64,000 nt of DNA, taken from an uncultured virus (IMG/VR IMGVR_UViG_3300025770_000015) (taxonomy: Duplodnaviria > Heunggongvirae > Uroviricota > Caudoviricetes). Both the position numbers and the translations under genes were made by a program. Below the pieces are notes generated by a model, which saw only the letters and a list, made by a program, of their open reading frames with translations, was not told where the DNA came from and searched no databases. The stretch lies in the IMG/VR virus record IMGVR_UViG_3300025770_000015. One strand, given 5' to 3'. The first letter of the stretch is position 1; the number at the start of each line of letters is the position of its first letter. Below, one piece after another: positions 6,831 through 17,328 of the stretch.

Positions 6831-9800
6831 TTAGCTACCTTGTACAGTAAAGGTGAACTGAATGTAAAGGAGAGGGAATACAGGCTTGTAAAACACATCA
6901 ACCAAAAGACCTGTTGGGTCGTTAGGGTCGGTGGCTACAGTAAGACCTGTGTAAGTCGAGATGATCTGATCTCTAACCAGTTGCTTAAAGAGTCCATTCA
7001 CACGACCCTCGATCTGAGAAATCGTATTCGGAACAAACTTAGTACCGATGTAGCGATTACAAAGATTACGAACACGCAAGTGAACATCATCGGCAATCTG
7101 AACAACAGTCGGAGTCTTGGTAAGGACAGAAGTCATGTTAGTGGTCAAACCATGTCTAACTTGAATACCTTGTGGGGTCTGCTTGAGAACGGTGATACCT
7201 GCGTTAGCTGTTGTATTAGCGTCAACATCATCAAGGATACGACCAAGATCAGTAAACCCATTAATAACCCTGTTTGTCCAAGGCTCTGCTGAGTCAATCG
7301 TAGGATTGGAGGTAGCCATAGCAACTGCAACTGCAACCATCTCACCACCAACAAAGTAGCTTTGAGCCACACCTTGAGAGTCTGTAAAACGAATGTTAGC
7401 AATATCTGGATATACCAAACATATACGAGAGTTCCCTGTTGCTTGAGCTAGTGCTTGAGCATCACGAGGCTGAGTACCTACAGCACAACCAAGAACAGCC
7501 CTACGCTCTGAACGATAACGCAATGATGACTGAACATCACAGTGATTAGAAATCGCTGAGAGAAGTGCTGTCGAAGCTGGCATCAGAGGTACGATCACAC
7601 TTGGCGAAAGACCTGGTACAATCTCACCCTCAATCTGTTGAACTGCAATCAACATCTGATCTTCAGTAGGTGAAACTACTCCTGTATCGAGTTGGATTTG
7701 CTTACAAGCAAGTGCTGTCGCTCCATTAGAGAACGCAAGGAACGCACCCATTGACAAGGTGTTCTCAAGAGAAATCTCACCATAAGTACGAACAACATCG
7801 GCAAGGTTAGTGAAAGTCCTCGTATTGAAACTCGAACGATCTCTAGTGAAGTCGATGTAATAAGTCTGACCGACAGTAGGCTCTTTACCTCCCTTATAGT
7901 ATGTCTCTACAAGAGCGTTATCACCAATCGCTGTATCAAGAGTATTAGTTACTCTTAAAGAAACACCTGGAATAGCGTACTGTGCAATGTTCGCATTAGT
8001 CTTGAGACTAGAGCTTACATTAAAGGTCATAGTCGCATCTGCACCTGTTGGGTAAGCTACACCACCCTCTCTAGGAAGAATGGTGATTGTGAAACCTGTC
8101 ACCGAGTCAACATAAGTTTGACTCACTCGCCCATCTGCACCAACAGCATCCTTAAGGGTAGAAGTACCTGCTGAACCTGTGCCTTTAGGGTTATTCGATG
8201 AAAGGTTATAACCTTGATAAGCGGCTTCGCCTACAGCACCCGAATCAGTAGTGATCTTTAGACCTGTACCCTTAGTAGTAGCAACATTACCACCTGTCAC
8301 ATCAAGGATACTATCAACACCTGCTTCAAGGGATTCAAAACCAAGATACTGTTTTCCTACAGCGTCAGTGTGAATAAGAGCAACAGCGTTAGTACCAAAC
8401 TTGGTTACATCTCCTCCTGTCTGATCGACTGAGAAAAGAGCTAATGAAAGAGCACCACCTGCTTCAAGACTACTCATAAGAGCGTCTGAAAGAGACTGTG
8501 CTGAAAGACCCTTAGTAGCAACCACAGTACCTTCGGTTAGACCAAATGCTGTGTTCGCAGTGCCTGCTCCAACTTTGATGTAAGAGGTGGTCGTATTCGT
8601 GTCGCTTACAATACGAATGTACTGACCTTCAACATGAGCAGTAGCTGTAAGAAGTCCGTCTACACCATGATTCAAGAGAGTCACAATGTCTTGGATATCA
8701 AGGTCTGTTCCTGCACCATTTGCTGTCATAGTAACAGATACTGGTGTCCCATCAATGGTGAGCGAAAGAACTTGGTTAGCATCTTCAGCCCCTGTACCAT
8801 CGTAGAACTTCTTAGATGGGATATAGGTATCGTTAGAAATCTCATCCCAACCTACTGTAAGCCTTAAACTAGGGTTGTCGAGAACCGAAGTACGGGTTGA
8901 AATAACATTAAGAGTTGGTGAGATACCCATGAGATCAAGGTTAGTGCCTGTGGTGACACTTAATCCAAGATCAACTGGTGAATAGTATTTATTACCGATG
9001 AAAGTACGATTTCTTAAGATCAAACGATCTCTAAGAGCACCACCACCAAGAGCAGTCGAAACCTTAGTCGCTACAGGAAGAATACCAACCTTAGTTTGAG
9101 TGCCTCCAATAGCGGCGGCAAAGTCAATACCTGCCACATCAAGGAAATCACCACCTGCACTTGTAAACTCAATGTACCCATAGGCATCAGCCACAGGGAG
9201 TGTGGTGAGTTCAAAGGTAAGCCTATTAGATGAATCAGATCCAACTGTAATATCTAAGTTTGCGTAAGCTCCACCCACAGCCGCAATCTGTAAGTCAATC
9301 GCGGCTTGTACCTTGGCTACAAGATCAGCGACTAAAACATAGTTCCCTGCATCAATAGTACAGTTTGCAAATGTTTGTCCTGCGTTCGCATTACCTGTGT
9401 ACTGAAAAGTGAACTTACGATATGCGTCTGCAACACCAACATTTGAAGCTGTCCAAGCCCCCATAGGAGACATAGCAGTATAAACAGGCTTAACGAGGTT
9501 AGCTTGAGTGTTAATTTCTGCAACAAGGTGAGTGATTGTCTTGTCATCTCCTGCAACTGTAGCAGAAGCCAATGCTTTACCATCAACTACAAGATCAACC
9601 GAAGTTGAGATAGCAGTACCAAGATCAGCGTTGTTAGACTCTGCGGTATAAGGAAGAACCTCACCTACAGCATGAGTCATATGTCCAAGACGACTACTTC
9701 CTGTAGGTTCATCAAACAGAACAACAACAGGATGTTGATCTACAGTGATGTTAAGTGTGTCGCTCTGACCTTGAACGAGATAATAAGAAGCAGATCCCTC

Positions 9801-11624
9801 TGCGAAGAAGATCGCAGGGGTTTCCTCGAAGTCACCAAACTCAAGAGTGATAGTTTCCCCCACAGGAGTACCACTAGAGAATCGAGTACCGATAAGAGCT
9901 TCTGAACCACTTGGGAATTCTACAACTACTTCGGTAAGATCAATACCCTTAGCGGTAAGTTCAGCTCCGTAGTAAGAGGTAGTACCTGATGTAAGTGTAT
10001 ATGTACCAATACCACTCGCACCAACAGTCTCTACTGCCACATTATAAGCATTAAGATCGAAACGATCTTGGAGGATGCTATAGAAGAAGGTCGCAAAGAC
10101 CTTATGGTTTGTAGGAGGTGCAGTCGCTAGAGTAATCTGTGAATTAGCTGGGTCAACTCTAGTCACAGTAGCAACAGGATTTTCAAGAGCATCAGCAAAT
10201 GAAACGCCTGTACGAACTTGGATCAAAGCAGTGTTAGAGGTTGGGATGCCCGAACCTGTACCGTCAACTGGCTGATAGGGGAGTTTAAAGGTATTCGCAA
10301 GAACTCTAGGAGGGATAACGCTAGTGTTCGTAACAGGGACACATTCTAGGAGATACCCTTTCTCATCACGAAGAAGGGCAGAAACTTGATTTGAACCAAA
10401 AGCAGTATTGCCTGTTTGTGTTTCGCCTAGAGATACGATTGAAGCAGTACCCCAAACGATCTTGTCATCACTCAAAACGAAATCTACATCTTGAGTAAAC
10501 AGAGCGGAAGCACCTCCACCACTTGCAACAAGTGAAACACGATCTAGTGATTTAACATCTCGACCAGGAATGAAATCGAACTGATCTTTGAAAGTGTTCT
10601 GATAGTAGGAAACGCTTACAGTCGATCCTACTTTTGGTGGGCTTACAAGAGTAAACGAGCCATTAGCCCCATCAACGGATTCTGCTTGAACTGCAACAGC
10701 GTCCACTTTAACGGAGATAAGGTTGACATCAGTCGTAATCACGCCTCCATTTGAACCATCTACAATAGGTCCTTTTGCTGTGAAGAAGGTACGATTTCTA
10801 GCAGTACCTTGTTGATTGGTGTAAATACCAAGAGCAAGGTTAGAAGTACCCGCCCCCACAACGATTTGACCATCAGCAGAGAGAAGAAGATTTTCTGAAC
10901 CATCTTGATCTACATAAGTGCTTGCAACGAGTGAACCGATGGAAGCACCATTGATGATGTTCTCAACTTTATCTAGTGAGTCGGCACGAACTGCCTCAAC
11001 ACCTAAAGTCAAGACTTTAGTCTGACCATCACAAGTGAGGATAAGAGTGTTAGTATCGGCTGTGATAACAAAGTTAGAAGCTGAACCTCTGATCTCAGTT
11101 TGGAAATCACTAACTTGTGTGGTTAAGACTTCATCTTCAACATAAGTGTCTGTACGATTGAAAAAGTAAGAGACTCTTACATCATCACCGAGACTTGGAG
11201 CTTCTGCAAGACGGATTTTTCCGTTCGCACCATCCACCTCAATGATAACAGTAGCATTTCCATTAATGGTAGCGGATACAGAGCTTGGAGTGTTTGAGTT
11301 TGTACCACTCCCATCGCCTGTGACGATAGGGGAATGTCTTGTATATATTTCTGTCAAGACACCATCGAACTCAGACAACACAAAAGAACCATCAGGATTA
11401 GTATCCGAGATCATGCGTCCTGTCGGATCTTCTTCAACGATCCTTTGATCTATAGTAGAAGAAGATCCCCTTACTAACTCACTACCTGTGACTTGAAAGG
11501 TTTGTTTACCGACACCCATGAGGGTGGGTACTTTACCTTGCAACTGTGCGATATTAGTATTGGTATCTTCAAAAATTGTTCGGGTGTATACACCTGGTGG
11601 TGCGTATCCGCCTTCAATAGCCAT
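6831..11624 (-). CDS. Contractile tail sheath protein with large insertions
   Basis: N-terminal YAPPGVYT; sheath-like C-terminus (HCDVQSS..ERRAV, LVYPD, VRHGLTT, VFYKPVFPLLYIQFTF). Confidence 0.9.
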   Translation of the reverse strand: MAIEGGYAPPGVYTRTIFEDTNTNIAQLQGKVPTLMGVGKQTFQVTGSELVRGSSSTIDQRIVEEDPTGRMISDTNPDGSFVLSEFDGVLTEIYTRHSPIVTGDGSGTNSNTPSSVSATINGNATVIIEVDGANGKIRLAEAPSLGDDVRVSYFFNRTDTYVEDEVLTTQVSDFQTEIRGSASNFVITADTNTLILTCDGQTKVLTLGVEAVRADSLDKVENIINGASIGSLVASTYVDQDGSENLLLSADGQIVVGAGTSNLALGIYTNQQGTARNRTFFTAKGPIVDGSNGGVITTDVNLISVKVDAVAVQAESVDGANGSFTLVSPPKVGSTVSVSYYQNTFKDQFDFIPGRDVKSLDRVSLVASGGGASALFTQDVDFVLSDDKIVWGTASIVSLGETQTGNTAFGSNQVSALLRDEKGYLLECVPVTNTSVIPPRVLANTFKLPYQPVDGTGSGIPTSNTALIQVRTGVSFADALENPVATVTRVDPANSQITLATAPPTNHKVFATFFYSILQDRFDLNAYNVAVETVGASGIGTYTLTSGTTSYYGAELTAKGIDLTEVVVEFPSGSEALIGTRFSSGTPVGETITLEFGDFEETPAIFFAEGSASYYLVQGQSDTLNITVDQHPVVVLFDEPTGSSRLGHMTHAVGEVLPYTAESNNADLGTAISTSVDLVVDGKALASATVAGDDKTITHLVAEINTQANLVKPVYTAMSPMGAWTASNVGVADAYRKFTFQYTGNANAGQTFANCTIDAGNYVLVADLVAKVQAAIDLQIAAVGGAYANLDITVGSDSSNRLTFELTTLPVADAYGYIEFTSAGGDFLDVAGIDFAAAIGGTQTKVGILPVATKVSTALGGGALRDRLILRNRTFIGNKYYSPVDLGLSVTTGTNLDLMGISPTLNVISTRTSVLDNPSLRLTVGWDEISNDTYIPSKKFYDGTGAEDANQVLSLTIDGTPVSVTMTANGAGTDLDIQDIVTLLNHGVDGLLTATAHVEGQYIRIVSDTNTTTSYIKVGAGTANTAFGLTEGTVVATKGLSAQSLSDALMSSLEAGGALSLALFSVDQTGGDVTKFGTNAVALIHTDAVGKQYLGFESLEAGVDSILDVTGGNVATTKGTGLKITTDSGAVGEAAYQGYNLSSNNPKGTGSAGTSTLKDAVGADGRVSQTYVDSVTGFTITILPREGGVAYPTGADATMTFNVSSSLKTNANIAQYAIPGVSLRVTNTLDTAIGDNALVETYYKGGKEPTVGQTYYIDFTRDRSSFNTRTFTNLADVVRTYGEISLENTLSMGAFLAFSNGATALACKQIQLDTGVVSPTEDQMLIAVQQIEGEIVPGLSPSVIVPLMPASTALLSAISNHCDVQSSLRYRSERRAVLGCAVGTQPRDAQALAQATGNSRICLVYPDIANIRFTDSQGVAQSYFVGGEMVAVAVAMATSNPTIDSAEPWTNRVINGFTDLGRILDDVDANTTANAGITVLKQTPQGIQVRHGLTTNMTSVLTKTPTVVQIADDVHLRVRNLCNRYIGTKFVPNTISQIEGRVNGLFKQLVRDQIISTYTGLTVATDPNDPTGLLVDVFYKPVFPLLYIQFTFTVQGS

Positions 11625-11629
11625 GAGCT

Positions 11630-12061
11630 TTACTCCTTAGTTGAGGATGATCTTTGTTGTTCTAATTTGTTCATTCCGTTTTGACGGGTCTCACGAAAAA
11701 CCTTTGCAGGATCGGGCAAAGAGTCGTATGACCCATCGGGTAATCTCATTATGTCATCCCCAGAGTCTCCTGTGGAATGTAAGATGTCCCATTTATCCCG
11801 ATTTCTCCTATAAACTATATCCCACTTAGCTTGTGCGTCCTCACCTATCACTCGATCATAGTCCATATCAAAAGACTCGATACCCGAATCTTGTACTCGC
11901 ATGGATTGAGAGACATCAGCTTGGAAACCTACTGTGAGATTAGGGGAACCTTCAGCAAATGCACTTTCCCCACAAGAACAAGAAATAGTATCTGTTCCTC
12001 TGGAGACTCTCTTGCGTTGTGAGTAACCACAACTTGTACATTGAAACTTTAGGATAGGCAT
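11630..12061 (-). CDS. FmdB-like zinc-ribbon protein
   Basis: MPILKFQCTSCG...CSCG; late-type motif at 12095-12109. Confidence 0.7.
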   Translation of the reverse strand: MPILKFQCTSCGYSQRKRVSRGTDTISCSCGESAFAEGSPNLTVGFQADVSQSMRVQDSGIESFDMDYDRVIGEDAQAKWDIVYRRNRDKWDILHSTGDSGDDIMRLPDGSYDSLPDPAKVFRETRQNGMNKLEQQRSSSTKE

Positions 12062-12106
12062 AAAATAGACCCTTTCTCTTGTATATGATGTTTCATAAAT
12101 AAACTA

Positions 12107-13213
12107 TTAAAGAAGCCTCTGTAAGAAATCTGTATCAGATCCTATCCCAGCTAAGGGAGAAGTGATGATTTCCTTAACTGGCACAACGCCTTCTAAGTTA
12201 TACCTCAACAGGGGTATAACCAACGGAAAGTGAACAAACCAATCCGCCTGTATGGATAAACTCATACTCGCAGTAAAAAAATAATCATCTGCATTGTCGT
12301 CATACACTTCTTCACCCTCTCCCCCCAAACTCACATCCGAAACCTCAAGACCAAGATTGGCGAGCTTAGGTCGTAAACTAGCCCAGAGCCACACCACTGT
12401 TCGGTCTGCTATGTCTGCTTGTGAATGAACATCTCTAGTCACTAAGTCAATATCAACGCTTATATCCCAACGACCACCATACTCGTGATATGTTGCTTGC
12501 TGGGCATCCTCAACCACAATGATCTGTTCATCACCATCTTCTACCCAACGACCAACTGCGATCAAACAACCTGGAATGATTTCTCTATACACTTGGTCTG
12601 GCCAAACGATATAAGGGGAGGGTGCGTCAGCCTCTTTATATGTATATTGTGCTCTCAGACTTAACCCTCTAGGAACTTCTTCGGTCAAAGTCACATTCGT
12701 ACCATTACGAACATACTCTGTAGACTCCAATAATCTACCCGATGGATCTTCAATCAACCTAAAAGAGTTCGCCAAAGGTTCTTCAAGTAGTTCTATCGTT
12801 GTGGGGTCAGTGAAGATCAAGATATCTTCTTTTTGGTACTGATAAACATCTTGTGTGATGACATAGTTATTGGGATCTGTTCCAGGTGCTTTGGTGAACT
12901 TGAAATGATAAACCCCTTTTCTCGGAGTCTCAAAAGTAGACTCTCTCACCCACTCTATTGAGGTACTTTTCTTACCTAAAACACTCGCTAGAACAACTGA
13001 CCCTTTTACGGTAGCGATAAAGTTATCAGGGCTTAAAACTACATTACTAGCACCACCTGTTTTGACCACCATGCCAAATTGAGGTCGCTCCTCAAAGGCA
13101 TATTTACCTTGTATATTTTTCGCCAGTGTTGTGTATCGAGGATGGTCTTGCCAATACTCTTGTAACTCTTTGATCATTCTATCTCTAACAGCTAATGTTA
13201 AATGGTGAAACAT
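12107..13213 (-). CDS. Putative virion structural protein (tail completion-like)
   Basis: 368 aa upstream of sheath; late-type motif; function inferred from context only. Confidence 0.5.
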   Translation of the reverse strand: MFHHLTLAVRDRMIKELQEYWQDHPRYTTLAKNIQGKYAFEERPQFGMVVKTGGASNVVLSPDNFIATVKGSVVLASVLGKKSTSIEWVRESTFETPRKGVYHFKFTKAPGTDPNNYVITQDVYQYQKEDILIFTDPTTIELLEEPLANSFRLIEDPSGRLLESTEYVRNGTNVTLTEEVPRGLSLRAQYTYKEADAPSPYIVWPDQVYREIIPGCLIAVGRWVEDGDEQIIVVEDAQQATYHEYGGRWDISVDIDLVTRDVHSQADIADRTVVWLWASLRPKLANLGLEVSDVSLGGEGEEVYDDNADDYFFTASMSLSIQADWFVHFPLVIPLLRYNLEGVVPVKEIITSPLAGIGSDTDFLQRLL

Positions 13214-13272
13214 ATTTAGCCCTCCTTATATGGTATGGTTAGTTATAAACAAATAATCGAAAGGTTAGGGAG

Positions 13273-13758
13273 ATGTGGAGAAGAGGGTCGAAAAAGATCA
13301 TCGAATATGACTGTATCATCCAGTTCCTAAAAGAAGCATCTCAATACGAACATGAGATTATTTTAGGGACTGATAGTCAACCTTTCAATTCTGGTACTTT
13401 CTTAGCCACAGCTATCGCAGTCCTCTGTGAGAATAAACAATACCACTGCCGATACTTCTATAAGCAACATGAGAATAGACCAATACACCATAATCTTTAT
13501 GAACGAGTCTTCTCTGAAGTAGATACAACACTTAAAGTAGCCTCTAAAATAAGAGACTTAATACCGAACGCAAATATCTCAATCCATCTCGATGTCAGCA
13601 ACGAGAGTACAACCCACAGAACGGGTCGCTTCTCAAGATCCCTAGTCGCTATGGTGCGTGGTTATGGGTATGAGAATGTAGAAGTCAAGCCAGACGCATG
13701 GTGTGCTTCTGGGTTAGCTGATCGACATACCAAGCGTATCCCATCAGGGTTGAGATGA
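13273..13758 (+). CDS. RNase H-like YkuK (DUF458) family protein
   Basis: IILGTDSQ, ISIHLDV, KPDAWCASGLADRHTK motifs. Confidence 0.82.
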   Translation: MWRRGSKKIIEYDCIIQFLKEASQYEHEIILGTDSQPFNSGTFLATAIAVLCENKQYHCRYFYKQHENRPIHHNLYERVFSEVDTTLKVASKIRDLIPNANISIHLDVSNESTTHRTGRFSRSLVAMVRGYGYENVEVKPDAWCASGLADRHTKRIPSGLR

Positions 13759-13835
13759 CACCTTAGTCGTTATAATCCACATTGATTAGAGGCAATTTAC
13801 ACTTAATCATATTTAACCTTTATTTGTCTTATATA

Positions 13836-14243
13836 TCACCAATCTATATCTTCACTTGACCAAACCACATCGCCTTCCTCATCTACATCGTACTCGGCAA
13901 GGGATACCCTTGTGGAGTAGTAGCCATTTGAAGAACCGTACCATCGGATCGTCACAGACCCCTTGATAGTAGCAAGTTCATAAAAGGTATACATGAGATC
14001 ACCATAAGATGACTGTCCGTCCTCTGTACGAACCTCTGCACGAAGCAAAGGAGATCCTACGAGATCATTGAGATCACCTATGACATCCTCGACACTGACT
14101 GATTCACAACAGTCCTGTCGATGCCAAAGACGAACAGCTTTGTTCTCTGTCGTGTAGAACCAAAGCTCATCATCGAGTTTGCTTTTGTGTTCTACATTAG
14201 AGAGGGTTTTACCTTTTAGTTGTTCGATATTTTCAAAAGCCAT
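13836..14243 (-). CDS. Conserved phage hypothetical protein
   Basis: HRQDCCESV..EDVIGDL and WYGSSNGYYS motifs typical of a widespread phage family (recalled). Confidence 0.8.
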   Translation of the reverse strand: MAFENIEQLKGKTLSNVEHKSKLDDELWFYTTENKAVRLWHRQDCCESVSVEDVIGDLNDLVGSPLLRAEVRTEDGQSSYGDLMYTFYELATIKGSVTIRWYGSSNGYYSTRVSLAEYDVDEEGDVVWSSEDIDW

Positions 14244-14293
14244 GTGATTCTCCTTTCAAGAGTATTGGATTATATGATGCTATAAATAAGGGG

Positions 14294-14422
14294 TTACCTA
14301 TTTGAATGTGGGGGGGCATTCCAACCGATGCCCTTAAAGTTATAGTCGCCACGCATAATGGCTTCTCTGTCAGCTTCGCAAGCCTCTTGATAGAGAGGGT
14401 GCTTACGCTCTTCTTCTTTATC
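14294..14422 (-). pseudogene. Start-less gene remnant between two GTAACCCCTTAT motifs
   Basis: 42 codons DKEEERKHPLYQEACEADREAIMRGDYNFKGIGW..., preceded in frame by TGA, no RBS. Confidence 0.5.
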
Positions 14423-14440
14423 TCATAGATAAGGGGTTAC

Positions 14441-14668
14441 TTAGTGTACTCGACCTAGAAAGTGGCTTCTACCGAACCGAAGAACCACTCCATCTTCCCA
14501 AGCCGATGTAGGGAGTTGCTCAAGAGCAACTTTCCACATAGAGCGAGTCTTGTTCTGATCTCGTCTTCGGTTAGCTTCTTGTGAAGCAGGTGATGACCAA
14601 CGAGAGTGCCAAGACTTAGGCTCTCCACCCTCATAAGCTGGTTTACGATGATTATGTGTTCGAGACAT
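14441..14668 (-). CDS. Hypothetical protein
   Basis: 75 aa; AACAAGGAGA RBS; motif at 14714-14725. Confidence 0.65.
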   Translation of the reverse strand: MSRTHNHRKPAYEGGEPKSWHSRWSSPASQEANRRRDQNKTRSMWKVALEQLPTSAWEDGVVLRFGRSHFLGRVH

Positions 14669-14781
14669 CTTGTTCTCCTTGTTAGAGTTAGTGTTGATGA
14701 CATTAGTCTATAAATAAGGGGTTACGCTTTGTTATAGTTTATTTATAGTACACACTATAACAAAGAACAGGAGTTATCGTA

Positions 14782-14925
14782 ATGCCTTATACATATGCTA
14801 AACCTCGCTCTGAGGAGGAAAAGAAAGAGATTACGCCACTTGTCGTAGATCTCATTAACATGAGTCAAAAGGCTATTGACGCTTGGAAGAAAAACACACT
14901 AAAAAGAAAGCAAGTTCAAATATGA
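14782..14925 (+). CDS. Small protein (47 aa)
   Basis: AGGAG RBS, late-type motif 14732-14746; MPYTYAKPRSEEEKK...; ATGA overlap with next gene. Confidence 0.55.
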   Translation: MPYTYAKPRSEEEKKEITPLVVDLINMSQKAIDAWKKNTLKRKQVQI

Positions 14926-15917
14926 AAAATCGTACAGCAAGTATTCACAATGTGTTGGTTGCACACCAACAAAACCAAATGATCCGTAGGGCTATTCTAG
15001 CCACAGGTAAGTCTAAAGAGTTTGAGCGTATGCGTAGAGTGTATTCCATGATCTTAAATGATGGAAAAACAGCTTATGCAGGAACAATGGATGACGCTAT
15101 GGATCAACTCGATAATCCAGAAGTGAGAAACACTGTCGGATTAGGTTACATTACAGAAATAACCAATAAGTTCAAAGAGAAGTTAAAAGGCATTAACAAA
15201 GGCGAGATTGATCTTGTTGCTAATGTTCTAAAGTCACGAGGACTCACTAAAAAACTCCACACTCTAGTCGATGCAGGGGTGCGACCTAAAACAGAGTATG
15301 AACGACTAATCGCAGATCGACTACAAAAAGTAGGAGACTTCAGTTCAACACTCAAAATGATGGGTTTATTGATTTCTGCCCGCACACCTAAACAAGTCGC
15401 TAAAGTTGCAAATGTTGGTGTAGATGAGTTAAGAGATATGATGGGTATTGATAAAAATGATGTTACCCTAACTAACTGGGCAGTAACTAAGTTTAGCGAT
15501 CTCAATCAGTATGTAGCAGGTCTACCAGACACTCAGTTAATCGTGGTTAAAGTTGGGATCACAATCCTCAAGACAGCCGCTATCGCTCTCTTAATGAAAA
15601 CAGCTTTAGCTACAGTTGGACTAGGTATCGTAAAAGTGATTGGGATTGTTCTTTTAATCTGTCTCATTACAGATACAAAAGCGACAGCTCAAATCATCCG
15701 TAAACTAGGTGTCTCTTTTGCTACCGTTGGAGTGGGTGTACTTAAAGACCTCACTAAAGGGTTCAAGTTCCTTAAAGGTCTAGGTACAAGCATATTTGAA
15801 GGAGGGAAGTCTCTCTTTAAGAAAATCTTTAGAAGAGCCGCAGTTCAACAAATCCAACAAATGCTTCGTGAGAATGAAAGATTCAAACGAAGATATCTAT
15901 ACGCTCAGTTGGGGTAA
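14922..15917 (+). CDS. Hypothetical protein with hydrophobic C-terminal helices
   Basis: MKNRTAS start; long apolar stretch IVVKVGITIL...IGIVLLICLI. Confidence 0.7.
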   Translation: MKNRTASIHNVLVAHQQNQMIRRAILATGKSKEFERMRRVYSMILNDGKTAYAGTMDDAMDQLDNPEVRNTVGLGYITEITNKFKEKLKGINKGEIDLVANVLKSRGLTKKLHTLVDAGVRPKTEYERLIADRLQKVGDFSSTLKMMGLLISARTPKQVAKVANVGVDELRDMMGIDKNDVTLTNWAVTKFSDLNQYVAGLPDTQLIVVKVGITILKTAAIALLMKTALATVGLGIVKVIGIVLLICLITDTKATAQIIRKLGVSFATVGVGVLKDLTKGFKFLKGLGTSIFEGGKSLFKKIFRRAAVQQIQQMLRENERFKRRYLYAQLG

Positions 15918-15922
15918 CGATT

Positions 15923-17320
15923 ATGTGTATCATAGGTGCGGGTAAATATTCTAATAGCAACTGTCTTGTTAAAGTACGAGATCGGAACTATGTACCAGCG
16001 ATCAAGATCATTCGTGAGTTAGTCAATGGGGTAGAGGTTGCTTATCTTTATGATATTGATACCGACTGGTCTGAGGGTGTTAATGAATATGGAATTGGAG
16101 TTGTTTCTTCCGCACTACGAGTCATTGATGACGAAGTAGTGAAAAAAGAAAAGTCAAGAGCAGATGATGGTATTCGTATTCGCAAGATACTCGCACATGA
16201 TAATGTATCATGTGCTGTGAATGAGGCTGTTCGTAATGGTATGTCGGGACACTGCTTTATTTCAGACCCAAACCAAATCATTACTTTTGAACCACAACCA
16301 GAAGATGGAAATCACTGGATCAAGTTTCTTGATCTAAAGAATAAAGAAATCGCTATCCGTACCAATCATGGAGTAGACACAAAAGGTACAGGATACACAA
16401 AAGGCCCAGACTTTGTTTCTTCAAAGTATAGACATCAACAAGCTAAAAGATGGTTAAGTCAATGTAAAAATAAAAATGACATTGCACTAAGCCTTACTAG
16501 AAGAAGGCTCAAAGACTACAAGAACCCGAACAATATGATTCGTGACCTTGATGATGGAATGATGACCACATCACTAGCAGTTATTGACTCTAGTGAGTGT
16601 TGTATGAAAACCTACTTGATTCCAGGTAAAGTGGATTTCTGTGGCATTGAAAACAGACTACCTAAAGGATATAAACCAAAGGTAAAACTAGAGTTCTACG
16701 AATATTACAACTGGAACCGAAGAAGTCCTTCTGTAAGACTCCTTGAGAACAAAGATCTTAACTCTCTAAGGGTCTTTGTCTATGGTTCACTTATGGGAGA
16801 TATTCCCTACCCAGAACTTTTGATCTCAAAGACTGTGGCGACAAACAAATCTTACAGTCGTAAGTTCAACAGATACAGCGACAATCGTGGACACTATGTA
16901 TGTGGCACTGTGCCTGGTGGATCTATGGAAGGACTATTGCTTCAATATCCTATGAGTGTAGCGTCAAAAGTTCTAAAAAAGATGGATCAGAGAGAAGGTT
17001 ATCGTGCTGATCGTGATGAAGAGATCAACTCTTATTTAAGAGTTCCTGTTCGTGTATACACAGACAAAGTCCCTGATGGTGTCCGATCTGTGATCTACAT
17101 TACAAATGAAAGCGGAACTGGATACAATGGTGAGTTTTCTATAAGGGAGATGGCTAAAAATCTTATCAAAGGTAAAGGTCATAAGTATCTCAAAGATATA
17201 GTAAATGCCCTTGATGATAACGGGTGTGTTGACGATTACCTCAACTCTCTATATGCAAAGTGTCTTGAATACAAAGAAAAAGGTATTGAACAAGTTGAAG
17301 ATCAACTTGGATTGAAATAG
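15923..17320 (+). CDS. Ntn-hydrolase (C45-like) fused to gamma-glutamylcyclotransferase/ChaC-like domain, copy 1
   Basis: Cys2, RDRNY, WSEGVNEYGI, RTNHG; then VFVYGSLM and MDQREG. Confidence 0.75.
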   Translation: MCIIGAGKYSNSNCLVKVRDRNYVPAIKIIRELVNGVEVAYLYDIDTDWSEGVNEYGIGVVSSALRVIDDEVVKKEKSRADDGIRIRKILAHDNVSCAVNEAVRNGMSGHCFISDPNQIITFEPQPEDGNHWIKFLDLKNKEIAIRTNHGVDTKGTGYTKGPDFVSSKYRHQQAKRWLSQCKNKNDIALSLTRRRLKDYKNPNNMIRDLDDGMMTTSLAVIDSSECCMKTYLIPGKVDFCGIENRLPKGYKPKVKLEFYEYYNWNRRSPSVRLLENKDLNSLRVFVYGSLMGDIPYPELLISKTVATNKSYSRKFNRYSDNRGHYVCGTVPGGSMEGLLLQYPMSVASKVLKKMDQREGYRADRDEEINSYLRVPVRVYTDKVPDGVRSVIYITNESGTGYNGEFSIREMAKNLIKGKGHKYLKDIVNALDDNGCVDDYLNSLYAKCLEYKEKGIEQVEDQLGLK

Positions 17321-17328
17321 GAGTTAAA

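Noticed and set aside
14782..15917. Programmed frameshift joining the 47-aa ORF to the next gene
   Set aside because: A clean ATGA overlap explains the arrangement as translational coupling
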